Shown: one piece after another, positions 1 through 13,185 of the stretch
How positions within the stretch are numbered: the stretch's first letter is position 1
Layout: each line of letters opens with the position of its first letter
NCBI RefSeq assembly: GCF_963921235.1
Contig: NC_086108.1
Coordinates: forward strand, 86,740,001-86,804,000
From: Mobula hypostoma
Taxonomy: Eukaryota
Length of the DNA stretch: 64,000 nucleotides
Direction of reading: 5' to 3'
Position numbers and translations under genes: made by a program
The notes under the pieces: generated by a model
Database searches by the model: none
Told to the model about the DNA's origin: nothing
The model's input: the letters and a program-made list of their open reading frames with translations, nothing else

Positions 1-310
1 TGCTGAGTTCATTCAGCATTTTGTTTGTGTTGCTTGGATTTCCAGCAACGACAGATTTTCTCCCGTTTGTGACATCATCTGCAGCTCTTTTTGCCTCTCT
101 TGCTATTTCCACTCTTCCATCTTCCTATCACTCCTCTTCACTCGAATCATCCAATCACATATCTGCTCTTCTTCCACCCCTTTCCTTTCACCTCTTTGTA
201 CTGGCTTTTAGTCCAAATGAAGGGTTTTGACCCTCAGTGTCAACCGCCCATTTCCCTCCGCCAAATGTTCCCTGATGCATTGGAACTGCAGAGTTCCTCC
301 AGCAGTTTAT
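1..310 (+). repeat. Two degenerate copies of the Penelope-like element 3' tail repeat
   Basis: TGCTGAGTTC..CAGCATTTTGT..GGATTTCCAGCA at 1-75 and GAGTTCCTCCAGCA near 290-305 match the tail at 17650-17700, 49215-49298 and 60030-60118. Confidence 0.65.
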
Positions 311-1834
311 CCCTCAGTCTAGTTTCTTGAATTAATTGTTGTAAAAATGGAATACATTGTTCATTTTTATACTTGGTCGTTTGTTCTCTATGATATCTGT
401 AAAGCCTCATGCACATGCGTAATCACGAAGAATTTCGTTTCACTGATTTTGTTCTGTTCAGTTGAATCCTTCCATTAACACATCATTACCTCATAAAATT
501 ACAAGATACACCTGAAACAGAGCTTTAACCAAAAAAGACAAAGATTTTTTTTCATGAGTGATGCGATGACTGGAAAATAAATTTACCGTCGATGCCAATT
601 CTTGTATTCTTATTGTTATCACTGCAATTTTCAGCATTAACATTCTCATTCTTATCATTTTATCATTGTTCAAACTTGTATTCTGATATGATTATGTCCA
701 TTATTTTCCCACCTAGTCTTACTGCTATTTCTGGCAATGCTATCAGTCATCCTCAACGTTGCTGAACTATTGTTTCCCCTGACAAAATTACTTCTTTAAC
801 CTGGAGAATAATTGGCAAAAATGTAATAAAATGATACTGCAAGGTATTTGGAAGCGACGATGTATGAAATCTACACTATACATTGAAAAGATTATTTTCA
901 CCTTGGCTGAGAGTATTGCATTGAGTTCCATTACCAGGTCAGTTTCAAAGAAGTTCAAATCCCAATTAAACTATTTCAATTTGCTGCAATATGACAATGA
1001 ACATCATTTTCATCACAGTCAATCACATTAGATTGAAATTTACTGACTATCAATTTGGTCCCTGTTTACTTTGAATGTGCTGCTTTCCATCACAGATAGC
1101 ATTCACTGCTTAATGAAACTGCTGTGTGAATAGATTCTTCAAGGTGGCCAATTAAACCTTAATCACATTTGATCAGGTCTCCTTGCCAACCTTCAGAAAT
1201 ATTGCTGCAATGACATAAGGAACAGTGATAAATCCTTCCCACCAGCACATTACATGTGGCCTTCTTCCTTGTGTGATTTTGGGCCGGTTTCTAAAGATTG
1301 GTTTTATTTGTACAATACATTTGTGCTACAAAGTTCAAAGTAAATTTATTATCAAAATGTGTATACTATATACAACCTTGAGATTCAATTTCCTGCAGAC
1401 AATAGAATCCACAAAAAAAGCGAAGACTGTCCAATGTGTAAAAGAGGACAAATCATGCAAATAATGAAAAAAAAACAAATAAACCTGGGAGCATGAGCTT
1501 CCATGGGCCATCAGTGACGAGTCGGAGGAAATGCGAAACAATATTCTGATTACAACAGGATGTCAAGCATATTCCAAATTAAACTCACAAAAATCACAAT
1601 CAAAACCCAAAATGATCAGAACTGTGCATTTACAGACACCAAATTAATAACCACTGCAGAAGACCAACAAAAGTTTAATGTTGTTTCATCAAAAATGGCT
1701 AATTCTGATTAGCAAATCTGTTAAATATGCAGAGGAGGAAGATGACTCAAGATATTGCATGTCACTGGTAATTATTGCTTTTTTTCAATGGAGGTTCAGA
1801 TTTTTATTGTATGTGGGCATATGTGGAAATTAAT

Positions 1835-2612
1835 TTCAAGTCAAGTCAAGTCACTTTTTATTGTCAGTTTGACCATAGCTGCTGGTACAGTACACAGTAA
1901 AAACGAGACAATGTTTTTCAGGACCATGGTGCTACATGAACAATACAAAAACTACACTGAACTACATAAAACGAAACAAAGACTACAGACCTACCCAGGA
2001 CTGCATAAAATGCACAAAACAGTGCAGGCATTACAATAAATAATAAACAAGACAATAGGCACAGTAGAGGGCAATAGGTTAGTGTCAGTCCAGGCTCTGG
2101 GTATTGAGGAGTCTGATGGCTTGTGGAAGAAACTGTTACATAGTCTGGTCATGAGAGCCCGAATACTTCGGTGCCTTTTGCCAGATGGCGGGAGGGAGTA
2201 GAGTTTGTATGAGGGGTGCGTGGGGTCCTTCATAATGCTGTTTGCTTTACGGATGCAGCGTGCGGTGTAAATGTCTGTAATGGCGGGTAGAGAGATCCCG
2301 ATGATCTTCTCAACTGACCTCACTATCCGCTGCAAGGTCTTGTGATTCGAGATGGTGTAATTTCCAAACTAGGCCGTGATGCAGCTGCTCGGGATGCTCT
2401 CAATACAACCTCTGTAGAATGTGGTGAGGATGGGGAGTGGGAGATGGACTTTTCTCAGCCTTCGCAGAAAGTAGAGATGCTGCTGGGCTTTCTTTGCTAT
2501 GGAGCTGGTGTTGAGGGATCAGGTGAGATTCTCCGCCAGTTGAACACCAAGAAATTTGGTGCTCTTAACAATCTCTACGGAGGAGTCGTCGATGTTCAGC
2601 AGAGAGTGGTCG
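1835..2612 (-). mobile_element. Rex1/Babar-clade LINE, 5'-truncated 3' fragment
   Basis: ORF 1991..2335 (QRIVRSVEKIIG..IMKDPTHPS..LPPSGKRHRSI..RLCNSFF) is the Rex1-type C-terminus. It has a (CTTGA)n tail at 1836-1852 and a candidate TSD TTAAT at 1830-1834 and 2613-2617. Confidence 0.85.
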
Positions 2613-2669
2613 TTAATCAGCTAAATAGTTTCTCTATATTCTTGTAACTATTAGGATGTGAAATCTAAC

Positions 2670-3302
2670 TTCATTTATCTCAACACTGAACTGAGTCCAT
2701 AACCTATGAACTCACTTTCATGTTTAATGGTCCAATTTACTGTTAGAGAAAGTATACAGTGTACAACTTGAAGTCCTTACTGTTTACAGACATCCACTGA
2801 AACAGAAAATGAATGACAGAAGAATGTTAGAACCCCAAAGCCCATATTAAATCCCTCCTCCCACGCACAAGCAGCAGCAAAACATCAACCCCCAATATGC
2901 ACCATTCAAGCAATAGCAAAGTCCCCAGACACCAGGATCTATAGTTAATCAAAAACTGTTGTTCATCCCAACACCCTGACTCTTCAAAAGGCCCTCTTGC
3001 TTGCTAATGAGGGAAAGAGAGATTTCTCTGTTATAATTAATTAACTAATCTATTTATTTATGTGCTTATTTAACCCTATATTTATTTATTTGTTGATTTT
3101 TGTTTTTGTTTATTTGTTTGCTTTTCTTTTTGCATTTGTATATTGGTCGTTTGTCCATCTTTGTTTGTGTGTAGTTTTTTTATTGATTCTATTGTGTTTC
3201 TTTTTATCTACTGTGAAAGCCTTCAATATAATGAATGTCAACATAGAATATGGTGACATATGCAGAGTTTGATAATAAATTAACTTTCAACTTTGAACAT
3301 TG
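2670..3302 (+). repeat. Rex1-type LINE 3' UTR interrupted by an opposite-strand repeat (about 2720-3030)
   Basis: It ends in GATAATAAATTAACTTTCAACTTTGAAC, like 16440-16468 and 38580-38615. The inner segment resembles the reverse complement of 5793-5991. Confidence 0.55.
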
Positions 3303-4454
3303 AATGAGTGCCAAAGCATAAATCTTCTTCAGTAAAGTCTTGACTCTTTCTAATGTCCACCTGAACGGAAAGGGCATCGATTTACACTTCCTTAGGAGCC
3401 CTTCCAACAATAGAGAGTGACCCTGGATAATATCTATTTCTCCTGTCTTTATTGTATTTATCTAGGGGCCCCTAAAATACAGCAATTAGTCCATTGAACT
3501 TGTTGATAGAACTGAATGGTCAGACCTATGCTGTCCAAGCAGATGTCCAAGTAATTTCTAACTGACCTCCAAACTGTAATCGAAAGAAATATACAGGCTA
3601 TCATTATATGATGCAACTTTAAAGAGTTGCACTGAGCAGACAGCACTTACGCAGTCCCAACAGTACCAGAACAGAGAATTCCATAAATATTTGAACATCT
3701 TTCAGACATTTAATCCCATAACCTTCTGTCTCTTTTATACCCAGTGGCTCATTCATCTATTTTTTGGTTAATTGGGACAGGATGATCTGCGTTAATGGAA
3801 GCTATCTGAGACAAACTAGAAGGAAAAAACAATTGACTGTCTCTTTAAAATGGCCTGGGCTATCTTTGTGATCTCTGATACCTTAATTAAATAACGTGGC
3901 TCCATTCCTACTATCCCTAGCTTTCATCATCTTTATAACTTTGTTAAAGATGTCCTAATTTATACTTAGTCCACCTATTCTCATTAAATCCTTGATTGTT
4001 TTAGCGATAAATTTTAATCTTTCCTTTGCTTGCCTCGTTCTGATAGGCATTAATGTCTGGCAATCTGACTACAAAACTAAACTAGTCCTTATTGGATGCT
4101 ATGTTTAGACTAAGGGATGCAGTTAACAGTTACGTATTTGTGAGTTGAAGAAAAGATGTATGTACATTTGAGCCACTGCCAGCGCATGTATAACTGGCAG
4201 TGCTAAAGGTAACATAAGGCTACTCTTCTGGATTAGAGGGACACTAACAGGTGGCCACTCTGTAATGGAGATACATCATGGGACTAAGAGGCACAATGAT
4301 AATTGTCAATCTAATTTTAAAGTTGATAAACTGATGGCATTATTTTCTGCTTCTGTGCAGCATTGGATGATGTTGTCCACTGTTCACACACAGCCTGAAC
4401 CGAGACTCAAAGCTTGCAGAAGACATTAAATGTTAGTATGCACTCAGTAGCCTC

Positions 4455-5108
4455 TTAGATTTTAGATTATGAGAACACTCAGTCCCCGTTTATTGTCATT
4501 TAGAAATGCATGCATGCATTAAGAAGTGATACAATGTTCCTCCAGAATGATATCACAGAAAAACAGGACAAACCAAAGACTAATACTGACAGAACAACAT
4601 AATCATAACATATAGTTACAGCAGTGCAAAACAATACCATAATTTGATAAAGAACAGACCATGGGCACGGTAAAAAAAGTCTCAAAGTCCTGAGTCGATC
4701 GACTCCCGAGTCCTCGATAGCAGGCGGCAAAGGGAGAAACTCCCTGCCATAAACCTCCAGGCGCCGACAACTGCCGATGCATTGGAAGCACCCGATCACA
4801 GCCAATACTGAGTCCGTCCATCCGAAAACTTCGAGCCTCCGACCAGCCCCTCCGATACAGTCTCCTGAGCGCCATCCTCTGCCAAGCGCTTTCGACCTCA
4901 CCCGGCCGCCGAAACAAGCAAGGCCGAGGATTCAGGGCCTTCTCCGGAGATTCCGGACCACGCAGTAACAGAGGCAGCGAAGCAGGCATTTCAGAAGTTT
5001 CACCAGATGTTCCTCCGTACTCTCACGTCTGTCTCCATCAAATCAGAATTGTGCATGGTCCCCTACTTGACAAATAACGAACATCATCACCATCTTCTCC
5101 TCCTGCTC
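4455..5108 (-). mobile_element. Non-autonomous retroposon with a LINE-like microsatellite tail and GC-rich body
   Basis: Homologous to 26610-27060 (+). It has a 3' AATAAA and an (ATCTAA)-type tail. Its 5' end GAGAAGATGGTG resembles the Rex1 AAGATGGCG motif. Confidence 0.7.
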
Positions 5109-5265
5109 CTTTATTAGGTAAACCTGTATTCCTGCTTGTTAATGCAAATATCTAATCAGTCAATCATGTGGCAGCAGTTCAATGCATAAAAGCGTGCAGT
5201 TATGCTGAAGAAGTGTAATTGTTGTCAGACCAAACATCAGAATGGGGGAAGAAACATGATCTAAG

Positions 5266-6291
5266 TGTAATGCTCTGGTTAAGACTTATAAGCTATAGAT
5301 ATTTTATTTCAGCAGAAACAGTGTGTCCTGCTGGTAGATTGTTTTGGTTTCAGCTAGAGATAAGAGCCTTGCTGTTCTGTTTAGGAATGTTGTGTCAGCC
5401 AATCAGGATGGTGGAATTGAGGAAAAAGTTCAGGAAAGGGTTTTAGTGACAGACAGTGTGGTTTGTGGGTCTTTTTGGTGAGAGCTGTAAAGAGGACCTG
5501 TGAGAAGTTGACTGAGAATGCTGTGGGAAGGAGTGTCCTGTCGCACAAATTGCTTTGTGCAGATGAATGACACCAAGGAGGAAGAGCCAATACACCTGAG
5601 AGAGGCCTGTTTGTTCAAGATGGATTTCGTACAATGTTCAGAATGTAGTGTGTGTTATCCTGCAGACTGTGGGTCCAGCGTGTGAGCAAAAAGTCAACTT
5701 CAAGGTGAGCTCCTACTTCATGTGCACATTTGGATTAGGTTAACTGTAATAGACCCTTTTATTTATTATTCTTTTCTTTTTCCTACTAACTGGGTGGTGG
5801 GGGAGGGTTGTTTGTTGCCTTCCTGTTGCTTGTGTGTGGGAGGAGAAGTTGGGTGGGGGGGTTGGAGTTCTAACACTTTAACTGCCAATCATTCTTTGAG
5901 GTACTCCTCTGTTTTTGCAGATGTCTGCAAAGAAGAAGAATTTCAAGATGTATATTTTATGTATTTCTCTGACATCAAATGTACTCATTGAAACTGTTTG
6001 ATAAAGCTGAAGTTTATAAATATACTTTCTTTATAATCTTATGCAGTGTACAATCTGTTATTTCTTGCCAACTGACAATTGTGAACGGGCAGCATTTACA
6101 CAGCATTCGCTCAAATCAAGATTTTTTAAATCAGAATATCACAACATTCCTGTTTGATTGAACCCCAGATCATACTGACCCTAGAAGTATATTATTAATG
6201 AAAGGTGGCCTTCTCCCCACTGAGTCCTGTAGCTGTTAGCAGAGCTGACTAATGAGCTAAATTTGCATATGAGCCTAGTGAGGGGGTTACT
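5266..6291. mobile_element. Probable solo LTR containing a 199-bp insertion (5793-5991, TSD AACTG)
   Basis: It starts TGTAAT and ends GGGGTTAC(T), and it interrupts the Tc1 MITE. The inner insertion is flanked by AACTG at 5788-5792 and 5992-5996. The LTR itself has no clean TSD. Confidence 0.55.
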
Positions 6292-7244
6292 TTGGATGAC
6301 TGTTGGTACCAGTTGAGTATTTCAAAAACTGCTGATCTCCTGGGACAGTTTCTAGAGTTTACAAAGAACGAAACAAAAAAAAACAAAATATGATCCAGTG
6401 AGTGGTAGTTCTGTGTGTGAAAATGCCTCATTAGTGAAAAAGTTCAGAGGAGAATGGCCAGTCTGGTTCAAGCTGACAGGAAGGCGACAGCAAGTCAAGT
6501 AACCCAAGTAACCACATGTTACAACAGTGGTGTGCACATGTGCATCTCTGAATGTACAACACATTAAACCTTGAAGAGGATGGGCTACAGCAGCGGAAGA
6601 TCACAAACATACACCCAATATCCACTTTGTATAGATACAGGAGGTAACTAATAAAGTGGCCATTGAGTGTATTTCTGCAATTGTGAAATGCTCTGCCCGG
6701 AGCATTACAAATTTTCTAATTGGCTAATGACTATTCCTGCATCTTCTGATTGTACTGCTACGTTAATGCCTTTCACTTAGTTACAGTGTATGTTCTCATT
6801 ATAAACGGGAATTTCCTTTCTTTAGTGACTCTGTTTTGTTTTTAATTGATTCACTCAAAATCGCTGACACAGCTGCTAACATTTGAAGTATTTTTTCATG
6901 TAAACTTCCATTATTTGAGAAAATGTAGAAGAGACAATATCTAGGAAGTGGGACCTATCTTCTAAACAAAGTTAATCATTATTTGGTACTTAGGGGATTT
7001 TGTTTCCAGTCCTTTAATGAGGTTCAAGGATTAAAAGCAGAATTATTTCAAAAATGCAGCCTTCTACTGTATTTATCTGTTAATCTGTAGTATTGTTATA
7101 TTAACACCCAATGGAATAGGTGAATGTTTGATTCTGGTTTGGCATTCGAGGGATATATTCTAATCTGCGATGGTAGAAGGAAGATCTAAGCATCCATTCA
7201 ACAAACGGGAGGAGGTGGCTTGAAAGCAAGGGTGAAAAATCTCA

Positions 7245-7445
7245 GATTTCATGACCTCCTGACCTGCCAAAGTACTTTGCAGCCAATGTAGTTTTTGAAG
7301 TATCTATTGCAATGCAGGTAGTGTGACAGTCAATAGGCAGACAGCAAGTGCTTTCAAACAGACATAACCACAGAGTTCATTTAACTGAAATACATTGTAG
7401 AATAGATATTAGCTAGGATACCAGGGTAATCTTCCCTGCTTCTAC
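7245..7445 (-). mobile_element. Deu-domain SINE fragment (SacSINE1/AmnSINE1-like)
   Basis: ACTTTGCAGCCAATG..TTTGAAGT..CAGCAAG..GATATTAGCTAGGATACCAGGG..CCCTGCT matches the reverse complement of the Deu domain and of 47090-47290. Confidence 0.6.
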
Positions 7446-7450
7446 ATAAA

Positions 7451-7612
7451 ATAAGACCATTAGCTATAGGAGCAGAATTAGTCCATTTGGCCCATCAAGT
7501 CTGCTCCATGCTGATGTTTTTTTTAATATACCTCTCAAACCCATTCTCCTGCCTTCTCCCCATAACTTTTGATGCCTTTACTAATCAAGAATCTACCAGC
7601 CTCTGCTTTAGT
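7451..7612 (-). mobile_element. CR1 LINE 3' end fragment
   Basis: TAGGAGCAGAATTAGTCCATTTGGCCCATCAAGTCTGCTCC, homologous to 27966-28140 and 40921-41070. Confidence 0.7.
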
Positions 7613-7659
7613 GTCGTGCGCACTTTTATGATAAAAGGGTGTGAAACCCCATTTTAATG

Positions 7660-7945
7660 TTATTTATTAATTTAGAGATACAGCATGGAACAGGCCATGC
7701 TTGCTCAACAAGCAACCCACCGATTATAGCTCTAGCCTAATGACAGGGCAATTTACAATGACTAATTGACATACTAACTGGTACATCTTTGAACTGTGCA
7801 AGGAAACCAGAGGACCAGGAGGAAGCTCATGGGGTCATGGAGAGCACGTACAAGATCCTTACAGGTGGTGCTGAAATTGAACTCTGAACTCCAATGGCCC
7901 GAGCTGTAATAGCGTCACGCTATCTGCTGTGTTCCTGTTGCACCC
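7660..7945 (-). mobile_element. HE1/V-SINE-like tRNA-derived SINE
   Basis: The minus strand has a tRNA-like head with B-box GAGTTCAATTTC, a V-domain-like core (CTTCCTCCTGGTCCTCTGGTTTCCTTGCACAGTTCAAAGATGT) and a GCTGTATCTCTAAAT tail. Confidence 0.75.
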
Positions 7946-8799
7946 CAATGACTCTTCCAAAAGGCAACTTGGCCATCAGAATTTGAAGTAAAGGGTAACT
8001 TTGTTCAAAAACTTTCATTACATATGTTCTATGTTCTTAATTGGGTAATTTCAAATTGTTTTCAGCTTTTAGTTTTGAGCCATTTAACAAAATACACATG
8101 TAACTCCTAAACCCCAATCTTCAACTTTGAACCAGTAAGTATTTGCTATTAAATTGTACTGTGCAAGTATATTTTCTAATATCAGTCTTTAATATTACAA
8201 ACTTTTACTTCATGTAATGCTTTTGAATGTTATTTAGATAGCCGGCACTGTTAGTACATTCTTCTCTAAAACATGCAGAGACAGTTATTGTAGAGTTCTG
8301 CTAATATGTTTTTTTTTGGCACAAGCAGCCAATTATAATGTGCAGTCATGAGGAATACAGTGTGATGGAGAACAGCAGACGTGTGCATCTGAAATTATAA
8401 TAAACGGCCAGAACAGAGCTGAATGGGCTGTGATAATGTCTGTCTTATTAGAACTTCATGTGTTAAAATCAGTTTTGATTGATATAAAATCATTAATTAC
8501 TAGATCAGAACTTTAATATTAAAACAGCATAATTAATTTATTTGGTTGCAACCTGGGTACGTTGCAGCATTCTGGACCCAATATTGAATTTTCCAGTGTT
8601 AAGTAACTTGCCCTTTTTGGCTTTTTTGAATTGGACATGTCTGTCAAGATTTGAGCTCAATTTTACTCCTTCCATTTCTACAGGCTAACTTGCAGAGCAT
8701 GTCTGTTGGCCCTGCTGTGAGGAGCACACAATAAAACTGAAGAAGCTTTATCACTCTCCAACTGTACCAATAAAACATTCAACTCAACCTCACTATTAC

Positions 8800-9050
8800 A
8801 AATATTACTTCTGTCCTATCTATCCCTCCGGTAATTCCTTTGTCCTAATGTCCTATTGTCTTTGTCCTGTCTCCTTCTAGGCAATTGAAGATCATCTTTT
8901 TTTGTCTCACTCTTTCACAGTTCTGATAAAGATCGTGCGCCTGAAATGTCAACTCTGTTACTCTTTCCAGAGATATTGTCTGTACTGCTGAGTGTACTGC
9001 TGTCTGTTACTTTTATTTTAGATTTCCAGCATTTGCAGCTTTTTTGTTTC
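8800..9050 (+). repeat. Degenerate PLE tail with a decayed hammerhead-like motif
   Basis: TTCTGATAAAG..CCTGAAATGTCAAC at 8921-8953, followed by TGCTGAGT..AGATTTCCAGCATTTGCAG. Confidence 0.55.
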
Positions 9051-9593
9051 AATTAATTTATATGTTCTGATAACTCTGTTAAACTGAATATTTTATAAAT
9101 GGAGTGACAATATTTAGGACTACAGAGAATTCCAAACATCATGTATTTCATTTTTAACCTTCATGTCATCTGTGACATTTATCTTCTAGGTTAATTTTTA
9201 GGGTCAAATAAATTACCTACCATTTCAGAAGCTTGTTCATGCTTTAATCAATGTCACAAGCATACATTTCCATGTTTTAATTACAAGATAATGCATTTTG
9301 AGATTCTGCAGTGAGCAACTTACTGAAACACAGTAGCTGATCAAAGTTTAAAGTAAATTTATCATCAAAGTACATGTATAACCCAGATATTAATTCTCCT
9401 TGTGGGCATAATCAATAAATCCATAATTGAATCAATTAGGGACTGCACCGCCTTAGGCATTCAACCAGTGTGTAAATACACAATCCATACGATACGATGC
9501 CACAGTTAACCAATAAACTACTGTTTGGAGCACTGGATAAATTACTCCGTGGTTCAGACACTAATCCTATAGTACACAGTTGGTCTAAATATA

Positions 9594-10098
9594 CACTCAG
9601 CGGTCACTTATCAGGAAAACCTGTTTTTTAATGTGGCAGCAACTCAATGCAGACGTGGTCGAGAGGTTCAGTTAATGTTCAGACCAAACATCAGAATGGG
9701 GAAGGAAAGTGACTTTGACCGTGGAATGATTGATGGTGCCACATGGGGTGGTTTGAGTATCTCAGAAATTGCTGATCTCCTGGGATTTTCATGCACAACC
9801 TTCTCTAGAGTTTACAGAGAATGGTACAAAGAAAAAAATCCAGAGAGCAACAGTTCTGTAGGTGAAAACATCTCATTAATGAGAGAGGTCAGAGGTGGAT
9901 CGCCAGACTGTTTCAAGCTGACAAGAAGGAGGCAGTAACTCTAACAGCTACACGTTACAGCAGTGGTATGCAGGAGAGCAGATCTGAACGCACAACACGT
10001 CAAAACTTGAACTGGGCGGGCTGCAGAGGACCCTGATCATACATTCAGAGGCCACTTTATTAGGTACAGGAGGTGCTTAATAAGGTGGTCACTGAGGA
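9594..10098 (+). mobile_element. Tc1/mariner-derived MITE with a transposase N-terminal remnant
   Basis: TA-CACTCAGCGGTCAC ... GTGGTCACTGAGGA-TA. ORF 9633..9938 (MGKESDFDRGMIDGA..GLSISEIADLLGFSCTTFSRVYREW) is a Tc1 HTH region. No DDE domain is present. Confidence 0.85.
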
Positions 10099-10345
10099 TA
10101 TGGAGAGAGACCCCTGAACTTCAGTACATAGAGAGTCAAACCCTACCATAGGCTCTTCATAATATTGCATCAGCCCATACTTACATGTGGCATCAGAAGT
10201 AGACAGGATCTTAAAGAGAGCTTTTAGCACATTGGCCATTATAAATCAGGGCTCTGAATACTGAAGTTGGGATGTTGTGTAAGAATTGTACAAGACATTG
10301 GTAAGGCTGCATTTAGAATATTGTGTCCAGTGCTGATAACCTACC

Positions 10346-12213
10346 TCAGAATCAGAATCAGGTTTATTATCACCAGCATTATGACATGAAATTTTTTAAC
10401 TTGGCAGCAGCAGTTCAATGCAATACATAATCTAGCAGAGAGAAAAATAATAACCAATAAGTAAAATAAAACATAATAGTAATAAATAAACAAGTAAATC
10501 AATTACATATATTGAATAGATTTTTTTTTAAATGTGCAAAAACAGAAATCATTTTTATTTAAAAAAAAGAGGTAGTGTCCAAAGCTTCAATGCCCATTTA
10601 GGAATCGGATGGCAGAGAGAAAGAAGCTGTTCCTGAATCACTGAGTGTGTGCCTTCAGGCTTCTATACCTCCTATCTGATGGTAACAGTGAGAAAAGGGC
10701 ATGCCCTGGGTACTGGAGGTCCTTAATAATAGATGCTGTCTTTCTGAGACACCGCTCCCTAAAGGTGTCCTGGGTACTTTGTAGGCTAGTACCCAGGATG
10801 GAGCTGACTAGATTTACAACCCCCTGCAGCTTCTTTCAGTCCTGTGCAGTAGCCTTTCCCCATATGAGACAGTGATGCAGCCTGTCAGAATGCTCTCCAT
10901 GGTACAACTATAGAAGTTTTTGAATGTATCTGTTGACATGCCAGATCTCTTCAAACTCCTAATAAAGTATAGCCGTTGTTGTGCCTTCTTTATAACTACA
11001 TCGATATGTGGGGACCAGGTTAAATCCTCAGAGATCTTGACACCCAGGAACTTGAAGCTGCTCACTCCCTCCGCTTCTGATCCCTCTTTGAAGATTGGTA
11101 TCTGTTCCTTCGTCTTACCCTTCCTGAAGTCCACAATCAGCTCTTTCATCTTACTGACGTTGAGTGCCAGGCTGATGCTGCGGCACCACTCCACTAGTTG
11201 GCATATCTCACTCCCGTACACCCTCTCATCACCACCTGAGATTCTACCAACAATGGTTCTATCGTCAGCAAATTTATAGATGGTATTTAAGCTATGCCTA
11301 GCCACACAGTCATTTGTATATAAAGAGTAGAGCAGTGGGCCAAGCACACACCCCTGAGGTGCACCAGTGTTGATCGTCAACGAGGAAGATATGTTATCAC
11401 CAATCCGCACAGACTGTGGTTTTCTGGTTAGGAAGTTGAGGATCCAATTGCATAGGGAGGCACAGAGGCCCAGGTTCTGCAACTTCTCAATCAGGATTGT
11501 GGGAATGATGGTACTAAATGCTGAGCTATAGTCGATGCACAGCATCCTGACGTAGGTGTTTGTGTTGTCCAGGTGGTCTAAAGCCATGTGGAGAGCCATT
11601 GAGATTGTGTCTGCCATTGACCTATTGTGATGGTAGGCAAAATTGCAATGGGTCCAGGTCCTTGCTGAGGCAGGAGCTCAAAATAGTCATAACCAACCTC
11701 TCAAAGCATTTCATCACTGTCAAAGTGAGTGCTACCAGACGATTGTCATTAAGGCAGCCCACATTATTCTTCTTAGGCACTGGTATAATTGTTGCCTTTT
11801 TGAAGCAAGTGGGAACTTTTACCTGTAGCAGTGAGATGTTGTTGGTTGGCACAGGTTTTCAGAGCCTTACCAGGTACTCCATCGGGACCTTTCACCTTGC
11901 GAGGGTTCACTCTCTTTAAAGACAGTCTAACATCAGCCTCTGAGACGGAGATCACAGGGTCATCAGGTGCAGCAGGGATCTTCACAGCTGTAGTTATGTT
12001 CTCCCTTTCAAAACGTGTATAGAAGGCATTGAGTTCATCTGGTAGTGAAGTATCGCTGCCAGTCATACTATTGGGTTTTGCTTTGTAGGAAGTAATGTCT
12101 TGCAGACCCTGCCAGAGTTGCCGTACATCCGATGTCACCTCCAACCTCATTCGAAATTGTCTCTTCGCCCTTGAAATAGCCTCTGCAAATTATACCTGGT
12201 TTTTTGGTATAGA
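10346..12213 (-). mobile_element. Rex1/Babar LINE, 5'-truncated, RT region with frameshifts
   Basis: ORFs 11773..12150 (GPDGVPG), 11622..11852 and 10814..11617 ([28 protein letters not shown]). (TCTGAT)n tail at 10346-10360. Confidence 0.92.
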
Positions 12214-12499
12214 TAACAGAAAGCTTGAAAGGGTGCAGAAAAAATTTACAAGGATGTTGCTGGAACTGGAGAACCTGAGTTGTAGGAAAAGGTTGAAAAG
12301 GCGTGGATGCAATTCCCTGGCACCTAAGAGAATAAGGGGAGATCTTATAGAGGTATACAAAATTATGAGGGGTATAGATAAGGTAACTATATATAGGCTT
12401 TCCTTTCCCTCAGGTTGAGTGAGACTAGAATTAGTGGTCATAGGTTTAAAGTGGAAGGTCAAATACTTAAGCAGAATCACTCAGAGTGTTCTGCAAATT

Positions 12500-12840
12500 A
12501 AAGATTCAAAGTATGTATGCAGTATACAACCTTGAGATTTGTCTTCCCTCAGGCAGCCATTAAAAAAGAAAGAAAACCATAGGGCCCATGCAAAGAAAAA
12601 CATCAAACACCCAATGTGCAACAAAAAAGGAACAAATCAAGCAAACAACAAAAAAACGAGCGAGAAACACAGAATATAAACACCAAACAACAAGTCATCA
12701 AAACATTCCAGGCATATTCAGATCAGCTCAGTTCAGATCAATCTAGCACTGTGTCATTCATTAACTCCAGACCACAGAGCCAGTCCACCCTGATCAAAAA
12801 TCACACAAAATAACAACAGAAATGAGTGACAGGAAATCAG
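12500..12840 (-). repeat. LINE-type 3' tail / non-autonomous repeat
   Basis: AAAGATTCAAAGTATG..ATACAACCTTGAGATTTGTCTTC, homologous to 1331-1500 and 9345-9480. Confidence 0.55.
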
Positions 12841-13185
12841 AGAGCCCAAAGTGTGGAACAAACGGCCAGAAGAAATGTAAGAGGTAGGTTCAATTGTAAC
12901 ATTTAAGATAAGTTTGGATAGTTATATAGATGGAATGGGTTTAGAGGAATATAGTGTGGGTGCAGGTAGATGGGGACCAGGCAGATGATCCGGTCAGCAT
13001 GGACTAGATGAACTGTAGGGCTTGTTTTCAGTGCGGTAGTACTTATGACTTTCTATGACTTCATAATGTTAGAGGTATCAGTATTACAATGGAGTAAAGG
13101 GAATTACAGAGTCATGATGGAGGAGCTGATCAGAATTGAATAGAGAAGAACATTGGCAGGGGTTATGGCGGAGCAGCAATGGCTG

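Larger units (their letters stand above)
4441..6669 (+). mobile_element. Tc1/mariner-derived MITE split by insertions (pieces 4441-4454, 5109-5265, 6290-6669)
   Basis: The left TIR CACTCAGTAGCC|CTTTATTAGGTA is split by an insertion. The right TIR is TAATAAAGTGGCCATTGAGTG followed by TA. The body is collinear with 9594-10098 and 23771-24331. Confidence 0.8.
10185..13060 (+). mobile_element. CR1 LINE 3' fragment split in three (10185-10345, 12214-12475, 12845-13060)
   Basis: The pieces translate LYKTLVRLHLEYCVQ and LERVQKKFTRMLLEL..RGDLIEVYKIMRGIDKV, followed by the CR1 3' UTR and a (CTATGACT)-type tail. Confidence 0.8.

Noticed and set aside
8065..8133. AG...GTAAGT-bounded exon candidate
   Set aside because: It has stop codons in all three frames and no other support.
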